The notes under the pieces were generated by a model. It was not told the DNA's origin and did not search any database. It saw only the letters and a list, made by a program, of their open reading frames with translations. Positions 39,377-48,818 of a stretch of DNA of 64,000 nucleotides are shown here, piece after piece. Each line of letters begins with the position of its first letter. Position 1 is the stretch's first letter. This DNA is from Polyangiales bacterium (lineage in GTDB: Bacteria; Myxococcota_A; Polyangia; Polyangiales; Polyangiaceae): the NCBI GenBank assembly GCA_038230375.1, contig JBBRNJ010000016.1, positions 32,001 through 96,000 on the forward strand, written 5' to 3'. The position numbers were made by a program, and so were the translations under genes.

Positions 39377-40456
39377 ATGAAGAAGGGAATCGTGTGCGCG
39401 TTCTTGATGGTGTTGGCCGCGGCGTGTGGATCTGATCCAAAGGAGGACTCGCCCGGCGGACCTCTGGCACCGGCGCCGGCTGCGTCGGCTGGAGGGGGTG
39501 GGGGCATCGGCGCGGACCAGGTGGAGATCGTGAGCGGTGTGCCGGACCGCGGGCGGGATCCAGCGGTCATCGCGATCGACGTGGCGGGGGAGGGGCTGTG
39601 TTCGGGCACGCTCATCGCGAGTCAGATCGTCCTCACGGCGCGTCACTGCGTGTCGCGGACCACGGAGCAGGTGAGCTGTCCGCCCACGGGGCCGCAGATC
39701 ACGCAGAACCGCGTGCCGAGCACGCTCGGGATCCTGGTCGGTGACGACATCGCCACGGCGAAGCTGGTGGCGAAGGGGCGCACGCTGGTCGTGCCTGCGG
39801 GTGATGCGCTCTGCGAGGCGGACATCGCGCTGATCGTCCTCGATCGGCCCGTCGTCGGCGTGACGCCGGTGGGCTTCCGCCGGTCGCCGGTGAAGGCGGG
39901 CGAGCACGTGCGCGCCGTGGGCTTTGGAATGACCGGACCGAACAGCGGAGCCGGCGTGAAGCTGCTCCGCGAGCACGTCCTCGTGCAGAGCGTCTCCGCG
40001 ACCGAGCTCATGGTGGGCGAGGCGACGTGTCAGGGAGACTCCGGCGGGCCTGCGCTCGACGAGTCGACGTCCGAGGTGATCGGCGTCGTGTCCCGCGGCG
40101 GTCCTTCGTGCGTGGGAAAGAACGTGCACAACATCTACACGCGCGTGGATGCGTTCGCGTCGCTCGTGGAGGACGCGTTCCATCACGTGTCGCAGCCGGA
40201 GCCTGCGCCGGTGGATGCGGGGGCTGGCTCCGCGAAGAGCGGCGGAAAGTCAAAGCCCACCTCGGACGTCGGCAATACCTGTGCGAAGGCGACCGACTGC
40301 GCGACCGGCCTCTGCGTGCAGCCGGCACCTGGGGGGACGGGCGGGACGGCGCCGTCTTATTGCTCGCGCCACTGCGGAACGGGCGATCGGTGCCCGGACG
40401 GCTTCCACTGCGAGAAGGCCACGGACGCCAGCCATGTCTGCGTTCGCCACGACTGA
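39377..40456 (+). CDS. S1 (trypsin-like) serine protease lipoprotein with a Cys-rich tail
   Basis: CSGTLI, LTARHC, DIAL and CQGDSGGP. Confidence 0.93.
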   Translation: MKKGIVCAFLMVLAAACGSDPKEDSPGGPLAPAPAASAGGGGGIGADQVEIVSGVPDRGRDPAVIAIDVAGEGLCSGTLIASQIVLTARHCVSRTTEQVSCPPTGPQITQNRVPSTLGILVGDDIATAKLVAKGRTLVVPAGDALCEADIALIVLDRPVVGVTPVGFRRSPVKAGEHVRAVGFGMTGPNSGAGVKLLREHVLVQSVSATELMVGEATCQGDSGGPALDESTSEVIGVVSRGGPSCVGKNVHNIYTRVDAFASLVEDAFHHVSQPEPAPVDAGAGSAKSGGKSKPTSDVGNTCAKATDCATGLCVQPAPGGTGGTAPSYCSRHCGTGDRCPDGFHCEKATDASHVCVRHD

Positions 40457-40532
40457 CCTGCGTGCCCAAGGCCTCTGCCGGGATTCTACCGGCAGCATTG
40501 AAATCGGGGGCGGTCACCCGTAAGAGTATCTC

Positions 40533-41681
40533 GTGGATTTTTCCCTCTCCGAAGAACACGAGCTGCTCCGAAAGACCGTCCGCGATTTCGCCAACGCGGA
40601 GGTCAAACCTCATGCGCGCAAGTGGGACGAAGAGGAGCGCTTCCCGAAGGAGATCGTCCCGCGTCTGGCGGAGCTCGGTCTCCTCGGGATCCGCATCCCA
40701 GAGGAGTACGGCGGGTCGGGCATGGACACGACCAGCTACGCGATCTGCGTCGAGGAGATCGCGCGCGTGGACGGGTCGCTCGCGCTGACCGTCGCGTCGC
40801 ACAACGGGCTGGGCACGGGGCACATCCTGTCGTTCGGGTCGGATGCGATGAAGAAGAAGTATTTGCCGAAGGCGGCGAAGGGGGAGTTGCTCGCGGCGTG
40901 GGCGCTCACGGAGCCGGGCAGCGGGAGTGACTCCGCGGGCCTTCTCACAACGGCCAAGCCGGAGCGCGGCGGCTACGTGATCAACGGCACGAAGATGTTC
41001 ATCACGCAGGGCAGCGTCGGTGGCTTCTGCGTGGTGCTGGCGCGCACGAACCCTGAGGTCTCGAAGCAGAAGGGGATCACCGCATTCGTTGTGGAGCACG
41101 GCACGCCGGGCTTCGCGGCGTCGAAGCACCTGGAGAAGCTCGGTTGCCGCTCGAGCGACACCTGCGAGCTCACGTTCGAGAACGTGTGGGTCCCGGACGA
41201 CAACCGCGTGGGTGAGCTCGATCACGGCTTCACGGACACCATGAAGATCCTGGACCGCGGTCGCATCTCGATCGCGGCCATGGCGCTGGGCCTTGGTTAT
41301 GGCGCGCTGGAAGCGGCGGTCAGCTACTCGAAGGACCGCAAGCAGTTCGGAAAGGCGATATCGGAGTTCCAGGCCGTGCAGTGGATGCTGGCGGACACCA
41401 AGACGGAGCTGGACGCGGCAAGCCTGCTCACCTATCGCGCGGCGTGGCTGTGCGATCAGGGCAAGCAGTATAGCCGCGAGGCGTCCATGGCGAAGCTCTT
41501 CGCGAGCGAGGCCTCCTCACGCGCATGCAATCGCTCGCTGCAGATCCACGGCGGCTACGGCTACACCCGCGAGTTCCCCGTGGAGCGCCACCTCCGCGAC
41601 GCAAAGATCTGCGAGATCGGCGAAGGCACGAGCGAAGTGCAGCGCATGGTGATCGCAAAGCATCTACTGATGGGCGGCTGA
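40533..41681 (+). CDS. Acyl-CoA dehydrogenase
   Basis: ALTEPGSGSD, NGTKMFIT, RKQFGK, QIHGGYGY and IGEGTSEVQR. Confidence 0.96.
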   Translation: MDFSLSEEHELLRKTVRDFANAEVKPHARKWDEEERFPKEIVPRLAELGLLGIRIPEEYGGSGMDTTSYAICVEEIARVDGSLALTVASHNGLGTGHILSFGSDAMKKKYLPKAAKGELLAAWALTEPGSGSDSAGLLTTAKPERGGYVINGTKMFITQGSVGGFCVVLARTNPEVSKQKGITAFVVEHGTPGFAASKHLEKLGCRSSDTCELTFENVWVPDDNRVGELDHGFTDTMKILDRGRISIAAMALGLGYGALEAAVSYSKDRKQFGKAISEFQAVQWMLADTKTELDAASLLTYRAAWLCDQGKQYSREASMAKLFASEASSRACNRSLQIHGGYGYTREFPVERHLRDAKICEIGEGTSEVQRMVIAKHLLMGG

Positions 41682-41800
41682 CCCGACACCGCCGCGGTCT
41701 GGAGGACAAAACGACCAGTGCGGAGTCGGCTGTCTGGCCGCTCCGCAAGGTCGATATGAAGGCTACGAAGGCGCGCGAGCGCTCCGTCGCCGTTTTGAGC

Positions 41801-42367
41801 TCAGGGGCGCGAGTGGCGCTCGCCCTCCTTGCTGCCGTTCGCGGACTTGCCCGGAACCGCGGACTCCGCCACGGAGCACACGTCGTGCGCGCCGTACTGC
41901 TTCATCACCTCGGTCGCCTTCGTTCGCTCCTCGCCGCTCTCCGTGTGGAGAGAGACCAGGATGTTGCCGCCGCGAAGCTTGCCTTCGTACTGCTTCGCCT
42001 CGATCTCCGGGATACCCATGCCGACGAGCGCGCCGGCCACACCACCGACCGCGGCGCCCGCTGCAATACCGCTGAGGCCCGCAAGGAGCGGCCCCGCCGC
42101 AATGAACGGTCCGAGACCGGGGATGGCGAGCGCGCCTACACCGACAAGGACGCCCAGACCGCCACCGAGGAGTCCGCCCGCACTCGCACCAGCGACAGCG
42201 CCTTCAGGCGCCTTGGTGTTGTGCTCATGCGCAAAGTCCTTCGTGCCCGTCTTGTCCGGGAACAGAACCGAGATATCGCGACTCGAGAAACCTGAATTGG
42301 TGAGCTTGGTGACGAGCGCCTCTGCCTGCGCAAGAGTCTCGACCAAGCACAGAACTGCCTTCTTCAT
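41801..42367 (-). CDS. General stress membrane protein (YflT/DUF3341-like glycine zipper)
   Basis: GALAIPGLGPFIAAGP and GMGIPEIEAKQYE. Confidence 0.85.
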   Translation of the reverse strand: MKKAVLCLVETLAQAEALVTKLTNSGFSSRDISVLFPDKTGTKDFAHEHNTKAPEGAVAGASAGGLLGGGLGVLVGVGALAIPGLGPFIAAGPLLAGLSGIAAGAAVGGVAGALVGMGIPEIEAKQYEGKLRGGNILVSLHTESGEERTKATEVMKQYGAHDVCSVAESAVPGKSANGSKEGERHSRP

Positions 42368-42392
42368 TTGATTGCCTCTTTCCTTTCTCTGC

Positions 42393-42944
42393 TTACTTCT
42401 TCACGTCAATCTGGTTGCTGACGTCCACGACGCCAGGCGCTGCCTTTGCCTTCGCCTCGATGGCCTGGCGTTCCGAGATCGTGTTCACGACTCCGCGCAA
42501 CACCACGTGGGCGTCCTTCGTGATGATCTTCACGTTCTTCGCGTTGAAGGACATGCTGGGATCGCCCATGACCGATTGACGGATCTTCTGGGTGATCTTG
42601 ATATCCGAAATGCTGTTGCCCTGGTCCATGGGCGTCATCAATGCGGCGCTGCGGTCACGGGTGTTCATGGCCGTGTTGTCAGCATCATTGGACGGCGGGG
42701 TCTGCCCGTTTGCCGGCGCCGGGACCACCGTGGGCGTCGCCGTGGTCGTGGGTGTCATCGTCGCCGTGGTGGTGGTCGCCACGGGCATCGGCGCTTCCGC
42801 GTTCGTGGACGCGGGCGTGGTGGGCGTCGCGGACGTGCGGTGGGCCTCCATGGACGGGCTTTCGGCGGGCCTCGTGTTGTCTGCGCAGCCCATGAGGACC
42901 ATCGCGACAAGAACAGGGGCACAACTGAGCGAGGACAGTTTCAT
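42393..42944 (-). CDS. BON-domain lipoprotein
   Basis: TPMDQGN..SDIKITQKIR, VVLRGVV and VSNQIDV. Confidence 0.88.
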   Translation of the reverse strand: MKLSSLSCAPVLVAMVLMGCADNTRPAESPSMEAHRTSATPTTPASTNAEAPMPVATTTTATMTPTTTATPTVVPAPANGQTPPSNDADNTAMNTRDRSAALMTPMDQGNSISDIKITQKIRQSVMGDPSMSFNAKNVKIITKDAHVVLRGVVNTISERQAIEAKAKAAPGVVDVSNQIDVKK

Positions 42945-42995
42945 GACTTTCTCCAAGGGTGGAACCCATTCGGGTGTTCGTTCGGAGAGCCCAAA

Positions 42996-43011
42996 AGCAA
43001 TCCTCGTTCCG
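42996..43011 (-). promoter_or_regulatory. Putative sigma54 promoter for the BON/stress-protein operon
   Basis: Minus strand reads CGGAACGAGGATTGCT. Confidence 0.6.
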
Positions 43012-43158
43012 CGCGAGTTCCGCGGAAATTCGTGCGGGCGACCGGCGCGCGCCCGGGGCATTTGGCCCTCACACGCCCGCGCATGTGGCGTGAATGCAGA
43101 TGCGCGCTGATCGCCATTCAACGGTGATGGCGTGCAGCATCATCGCGTGGAGCGACGA

Positions 43159-43174
43159 AGGCACGAGGGTTGCT
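43159..43174 (+). promoter_or_regulatory. sigma54 promoter for the hemerythrin gene
   Basis: AGGCACGAGGGTTGCT; ATG 13 nt after the -12 C. Confidence 0.7.
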
Positions 43175-43185
43175 TGCGTGGGGTC

Positions 43186-43905
43186 ATGACCACCAACACA
43201 CAAGACTCAAGCTCCGTTACCAGATCGCTGTCCAGCATCGTTCAGCGCGTCGCATCGACGCTGCATCTGAATGGCGCTGCGAAGCGCGAGGCAGGGGCGC
43301 CCATTCGCGCGACGGACCTCCTCATCCAGCAGCACGAGCTCATCGACGCTCTGTGGAAGGAGTTCGAGAGTGCACCGGGGGCGAAGAAGGCGGCGGTCTT
43401 CGAGCGCATCGCGGCCACGCTGGTCGCGCACGACGCGATCGAACGGGAGATCTTCTACCCGGCGTGCGAAGCCGCCCTTGGCAAGGACGATCCCCATCTG
43501 GAGGAGTCGCTGGTCGAGCATGGTCTCGTGGAATTCAGCATCTTCAGCGCGGACCGGTGCAAGGACGGCGACTACTTCGAGTCATGCGTCCACGTGCTGA
43601 AGGAAGTGGTTCAGCACCACGTGAAGGAGGAGCAGGACGATCTGTTTCCCGACATCAACGACACGATCAAGCAGGCCGAGTTGCTCGCGCTCGGCGCGAA
43701 GATGGAAGCGCGCTTCGCGAAGGCGCTCCAGGAAGACTGGCGTGCTGGTCTCCGCGCGAACCTCGAGCAAGTGCTCGCCGGGAAGACGAAGACGAAGGCC
43801 AAGGCGAAGGCGGCGTCGCCATCGTCTGCCACCAAGGGTGCGGCGCGTGTGGCTCACCGGAAGGTCGCAGACCGCAAGGTCGCTGCGAAGAAGCGCAAGA
43901 GCTGA
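43186..43905 (+). CDS. Hemerythrin (HHE) domain protein with a basic tail
   Basis: QH, HDAIEREIFYP, EH and HHVKEEQDDLFP. Confidence 0.88.
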   Translation: MTTNTQDSSSVTRSLSSIVQRVASTLHLNGAAKREAGAPIRATDLLIQQHELIDALWKEFESAPGAKKAAVFERIAATLVAHDAIEREIFYPACEAALGKDDPHLEESLVEHGLVEFSIFSADRCKDGDYFESCVHVLKEVVQHHVKEEQDDLFPDINDTIKQAELLALGAKMEARFAKALQEDWRAGLRANLEQVLAGKTKTKAKAKAASPSSATKGAARVAHRKVADRKVAAKKRKS

Positions 43906-44009
43906 CGGGACTCCCGCCACGGCAAACCCGCGTCTACAACGACGCCACGTATGTGGCGCCAGCGCCGATCTGTCACGCGCGAACGCCCGCGCTCGACGTG
44001 CTGCGGCGC

Positions 44010-46253
44010 TCACGCGAAGAGCTGCGCCACTCGTTCTGCGGTTCTCGCTCTTGCTTCCGCGAACTCTGGTGTGTCCCGGATCACTGTCAGCGCGGCGCAG
44101 TTGTCCAGCCAGCCCAGGTCCCAGAAGTGGCCCCAGTCGATCTTGGCCATGAAGGCCAATGCCTTGTCGCGTAGGCCGAGCGCGCCGTAGTACTCGATGG
44201 TGACCTGCGCGAGGAAGCCCTGTTGACGCGGGCCGAAGGTGCGCGCGATGTAGCCCGACATCTGCTCGAAGACGGGCTCGTGCTCCTGTCCGTTCGCGTA
44301 GGCGCGGAGCATGGGGATCGTGTTCTTCCAGGCGGCGTTCTCCGCGTTCGCCTCGATCTCGTCCGCCAGGCTCACCGCACGCGCGCGATCGTTCGTCCAG
44401 TAGACCAGGCGCGATTCGAAGATGGCAATCGCTCGCCCACCGCCCAGCTCGCGGGCGTGCTGGATGGCGCGCTTCGTGTCTTCGAAGCGGCCCATCGTCG
44501 CGAGGATGCGCGTGCGCGTGGTGTGCGCGCCGAACGCCTTCGGATCGAGCCGGAGCGAGAGCTCGATTCGCTGCAGGGCTTCCGGCAAGTGGCCTGTATC
44601 TGCCAGCACGCCGGCCACCGTGTAGTGCGCCTCCGCCATGAGCGGGTTGCGCCGGAGCGCCTCCTCCTCTGCGTGCAGCACGCCGCGATAGTCGCCTATC
44701 GTGCTACGGATGAGCGCGATGGCGTGGTACGCGTCGCTCACGGACGGGTCCAGATCGATCGCGCGCAGGGCGAGCTCCTCGCTCTGGACGAACAGGCTGC
44801 GGTCCGCGCCCACGCTCTGGATGAACGTGCGGATCTGGCAGAGGGCGAGCAGCGACATCACCCATGGGTTGTCGGGCGCCGCGAAGAGCATGTCCTCGGC
44901 CATGCGCGTGGCCTTCTGCACGCTCTCCGGATCGAAGAGCGCGAAGAGCTGCTTGGCTTCTTCCCACTTTGCTCTGGTCTCAGGATCGTCCGGGCCCTGG
45001 TTGCGCCCACATCGCTGCAGGATCGCCGGCACCACGCGTGCGAGCACCGCGTCCTCCAGGCCGAACGTGTCATCCATCTTGCCGTCGACCTGGTCTGCCC
45101 ACACCACCGAGGCCTTGTTGCGATCGACAAGGCGCACGCGCACACGCACGCTCGCGCCCGAGGCGCGTATGCCTCCCTCCACGCTCAGCGTCCCGGTGGC
45201 GGCGGGAAGCGTGCGCTCCCGCGCGAACGTCACGCCCTTCGCGCCCACAAGGCCATCCGCGAGCGCCGACTCGATCGCAAGCGCAAGCTCCGCGGGCTCA
45301 CCCTCGAAGTTGCGGAGGACCACGCTCCGCTCAGCGCTGCTCGGCAGATCCATGCGGATGGTCGCGCCACCCGCGCTCGGCCGGGCCCGCATGCCGCGGA
45401 GGATCTCCAGGCGCTCGGCGAACGTCGCCGCGTCCGGGCGGTCCTCGCGCCGCCGCTCGAGCGCGCTCGCAATGAGAGCGCTCACGCCGTCCGGCACCGA
45501 AGGCGCGACGCTCCGTGCGTTCGGCGCAGGCCGTGTGAGCCGTGCCGCCGCGATCGCAAAGGGAGAATCGCCGCCGAAAGGTAGCGTGCCCGTGACCAGC
45601 TGGAAGAGCATCACCCCGAGCGCATAGATGTCCGAGCGACCGTCGATGGCGAGGCCTTCGACCTGCTCCGGTGCCATGTACGCCGGCGTGCCGACAATGT
45701 TGTTCATGGTGGCATGAGCGTCATCACCAGAGAGCGCGCGCGCGATACCGAAGTCCGTGAGCACCACCCGACTGCCTGTCAGCATGATGTTGTCTGGCTT
45801 CAGATCCCGGTGCACCACGCCGGCCGCATGCGCCGCGACCAGGCCCGCGCACGACTCTTGCGCCACGCGAAGCACCTCGGGAAGCGGGATGCCGCGGCCC
45901 GCGGCGACCGACAGCGCCTCGCCCGTGATGAGCTCCATGGTGATGAAGCGGCTGCCCTCGTGGACGCCCAGGTCGTAGGTGCGTGCGATGTTCGTATGGG
46001 TGACCCTTCGCGCGAGCTTCACCTCACGACGGAATCGGGCGAGCGCGTCGGGTGAGCTCGAGAGCTCCGACCGCAGCACCTTGAGCGCGACCTCTTCTTC
46101 GAGCTCCAGATCGATGACCTTGTATACTGCACCCATTCCGCCTTCGCCGAGCGGCGCGCGGATCTCGTACCGGCCCGCAAGCCGCGCCCCGATCGGGAAT
46201 GGCCCGAAGGACATGGTGGGGGCAAGGGAAGGGTCATCCACGGCCTCCAACAT
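44010..46253 (-). CDS. Hanks-type Ser/Thr protein kinase with TolB-N-like and TPR regions
   Basis: LGEGGMGAVY, VALK, HRDLKPDN, DFG and GTPAYMAPE. Confidence 0.95.
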   Translation of the reverse strand: MLEAVDDPSLAPTMSFGPFPIGARLAGRYEIRAPLGEGGMGAVYKVIDLELEEEVALKVLRSELSSSPDALARFRREVKLARRVTHTNIARTYDLGVHEGSRFITMELITGEALSVAAGRGIPLPEVLRVAQESCAGLVAAHAAGVVHRDLKPDNIMLTGSRVVLTDFGIARALSGDDAHATMNNIVGTPAYMAPEQVEGLAIDGRSDIYALGVMLFQLVTGTLPFGGDSPFAIAAARLTRPAPNARSVAPSVPDGVSALIASALERRREDRPDAATFAERLEILRGMRARPSAGGATIRMDLPSSAERSVVLRNFEGEPAELALAIESALADGLVGAKGVTFARERTLPAATGTLSVEGGIRASGASVRVRVRLVDRNKASVVWADQVDGKMDDTFGLEDAVLARVVPAILQRCGRNQGPDDPETRAKWEEAKQLFALFDPESVQKATRMAEDMLFAAPDNPWVMSLLALCQIRTFIQSVGADRSLFVQSEELALRAIDLDPSVSDAYHAIALIRSTIGDYRGVLHAEEEALRRNPLMAEAHYTVAGVLADTGHLPEALQRIELSLRLDPKAFGAHTTRTRILATMGRFEDTKRAIQHARELGGGRAIAIFESRLVYWTNDRARAVSLADEIEANAENAAWKNTIPMLRAYANGQEHEPVFEQMSGYIARTFGPRQQGFLAQVTIEYYGALGLRDKALAFMAKIDWGHFWDLGWLDNCAALTVIRDTPEFAEARARTAERVAQLFA

Positions 46254-46351
46254 ACAACGCCAACGCTCGAGAAGGTCTCCCCCCAGGATGGCCGGGTCTG
46301 GTCCGATCCAATGTAGATGCAGACGTCCGGCTGGGTGCTAGGGTGCGGATC

Positions 46352-48811
46352 ATGCGGGGAACTCACTTCAATCGTATCTTTGTCGTTGTCCTTGCGGCCA
46401 CGGCTGCGGTGGCTGCTTGCGGTGGCGACTCTTCTGGAACAAGCTCGGACGACGCGGGCGCAGACGAGGGCGGCGACCCGGGCAGCGACGGATCCGTCAG
46501 CGGCCTTGACGGCTCCACCTCTGGTGGCAAGGACGCCACCGTCACCGACGGCAGCGGCGCCAGCGACGGCAGCATGTCGAGCAAGGACGGCAGCTCGGTC
46601 GACGGCAGCTCGGTCGACGGCAGCTCGGTCGACGCTAGCTTCGACGCCGGCTTCGACGCAAACGATGGCGCCGTACAGGACGGCCCCGATCTTCCGCCCG
46701 CACCGTTCCCCACGACCACGCCGCTGCTCTTCGGGTACACGCTCCAGGACGCGTTCCCCAACGTGGTGCAGGCGCCGTGCGGCCTCTGCGGGGCGATCGA
46801 CATGGACTGGGCCACGGGGACTGCGGCGCCGTTCTACCTCCACCGCCAGGGCTACATCCTGCGTCTGCCCGCCGCGAGCGATCGCGAGCTGATCCTCGAC
46901 TTCTCGAGCGAGGTGTACGCCAACGACGAGGCCGGCGCGCTCGGCATGGCGCTCCACCCGAAGTTCGCGACCACGAACCCGTACGCGTACATCTGGTACA
47001 ACTGGACGAACAACGGCGGAGCGACCACGCACCAGAAGCTCTCGCGCTTCACCTACAACCCTGGCACCAAGGTCTTTTCGGCCGCGTCGGAGCTCGTCCT
47101 CGTCGATCAGACGGAGACCACGCACTTCCACAACGGCGCGCACATCCGCTTCGGCCCGGACGGCTTCCTCTACTTCGGCAACGGCGACGACCAGAACACC
47201 GCCGTGACCACCCAGACATTGAAGGGTGGCCTCTTCTCCGGCGTGTTCCGTATCGACGTCGACATGCAGGGCGGCGCCATCAGCCACGCTCCGCCGAAGC
47301 AGCCCCTCAACGCGGTGACGCAGGGCTACTTCATCCCGAACAGCAATCCGTTCGTCGGTCAGGCCGGCGTGGCGGAGGAGTACTACGCGCTCGGCTTCCG
47401 CAATCCGTACTCGTTCAACTTCGACAAGTTGAATGGCAACCTGTGGCTCGGCGACGTCGGCGACACGTGGCGCGAAGAGGTCGATCAGGTCCTCCCGGGC
47501 GGCAACTACGGCTGGCCCATCTTCGAGGGCGACAAGCGCCGCAGCGCAGGCAACACCGTCATCGGCGTCCCGTACTTGCCATTGTTCGCCTACACGCACG
47601 CAAGCATCGGCGACCTCACCGCGACCATGGCCGGCTATCCGTACCGCGGCGCCGCGCTGCCGGAGCTCGCAGGAAAGTTCATCTTCTCCGACTGGCCCAC
47701 AGGCCGGATCTGGGCGCTCGACACGGCAACCGGCGTGCGCACATCCCTCCTGGAGACGAACTGGACGAACGCGCCGCTCGGCTTCGGTCAGGATCTCAAC
47801 GGTGAGCTCTACATCATCTCCTTCAAGCGCATCCTGAAGCTCGTGCGCGCGCCTGCGCCGCATACGGTTCCCGCGAAGCTGTCGGACACGAACTTCTTCC
47901 GCAACCTGCAGACGCTGAAGACGTCTTCGTACCTGATCCCGTACTCGATCATGTCGCCGCTCTGGTCCGATGCGGCCGCGAAGCAGCGCTGGACGATCAT
48001 CCCCGCGGGACAGACCGCGACCATGAACGCGGACGGCACGGTCACGCTGCCCGTGGGCTCCATGATGGTGAAGCAGTTCGATCTGCCGGCCATCGCTCAG
48101 CCGATCAATCGCACGAAGCGCCTCGAGACACGCGTCATGGTCGTGGGCACCGACACCACGTACGGCGTCTCGTACCGCTGGCGCGCCGACGGCTCCGACG
48201 CCGACCTCATGTACGACGCGATCGACGAGCACATCAACGACGTCAACGGCGCAGAGGCGCGCGACTGGCACTTCCCGAGCCAGGGCGAGTGCTGGTCCTG
48301 CCACCGTCCCGAGAACCGCATCCTCGGCTTCAAGGGTGAGCAGATGAATTTCACGCTGGGCGGCGGCATGAACCAGCTCTCGTATCTGGCCACGCAGAAC
48401 GTCTTCGACGGCGTGAGCATCGCGAACTCGCCCGCGCCGCTCGTGTCGCCCGCCGACGGCGCGCAGACGATAGACGCGCGCGCTCAGGCGTGGCTCGCTG
48501 CGAACTGCTCTTCGTGTCACAACGGCTTCGCTTCGTTCCTTGGCAGCGGCACCACGTGGAACGCCAAGCCGGGCGTGCCCATCGGCAGCCGCGGCCTGGT
48601 CAACGTGCAGACCGCCAACTTCCCCATGGCGCAGGCGTTCGGGCTCCCGAACGCGCCGCTCATCGCGCCAGGAAATCCGGCGGGTTCGCTGCTCATGCAG
48701 CGCATCAACTCGGTCGACGTGGACCTGCGCATGCCGCCCCTCAGCCGCACGCGCGTGGACCCCACGGGCTCCGCCGTCATCAACGCGTGGATCACCGCCG
48801 GTCCCCCGTAG
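46352..48811 (+). CDS. PQQ-dependent glucose/sorbosone dehydrogenase-like lipoprotein fused to a diheme cytochrome c domain
   Basis: FGPDGFLYF, GFRNPY and GGNYGWP; CWSCH and CSSCH heme motifs. Confidence 0.88.
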   Translation: MRGTHFNRIFVVVLAATAAVAACGGDSSGTSSDDAGADEGGDPGSDGSVSGLDGSTSGGKDATVTDGSGASDGSMSSKDGSSVDGSSVDGSSVDASFDAGFDANDGAVQDGPDLPPAPFPTTTPLLFGYTLQDAFPNVVQAPCGLCGAIDMDWATGTAAPFYLHRQGYILRLPAASDRELILDFSSEVYANDEAGALGMALHPKFATTNPYAYIWYNWTNNGGATTHQKLSRFTYNPGTKVFSAASELVLVDQTETTHFHNGAHIRFGPDGFLYFGNGDDQNTAVTTQTLKGGLFSGVFRIDVDMQGGAISHAPPKQPLNAVTQGYFIPNSNPFVGQAGVAEEYYALGFRNPYSFNFDKLNGNLWLGDVGDTWREEVDQVLPGGNYGWPIFEGDKRRSAGNTVIGVPYLPLFAYTHASIGDLTATMAGYPYRGAALPELAGKFIFSDWPTGRIWALDTATGVRTSLLETNWTNAPLGFGQDLNGELYIISFKRILKLVRAPAPHTVPAKLSDTNFFRNLQTLKTSSYLIPYSIMSPLWSDAAAKQRWTIIPAGQTATMNADGTVTLPVGSMMVKQFDLPAIAQPINRTKRLETRVMVVGTDTTYGVSYRWRADGSDADLMYDAIDEHINDVNGAEARDWHFPSQGECWSCHRPENRILGFKGEQMNFTLGGGMNQLSYLATQNVFDGVSIANSPAPLVSPADGAQTIDARAQAWLAANCSSCHNGFASFLGSGTTWNAKPGVPIGSRGLVNVQTANFPMAQAFGLPNAPLIAPGNPAGSLLMQRINSVDVDLRMPPLSRTRVDPTGSAVINAWITAGPP

Positions 48812-48818
48812 GCTCCCC

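Noticed and set aside
46586..46630. Three perfect 15-bp repeats, GACGGCAGCTCGGTC
   Set aside because: They encode a DGSSV linker typical of these lipoproteins; not regulatory or CRISPR.
46019..48520. Long antisense ORFs (this one, 8892-10994, 36418-38550, 56383-58164)
   Set aside because: Shadow ORFs expected in high-GC DNA; Arg-rich and opposite well-supported genes.
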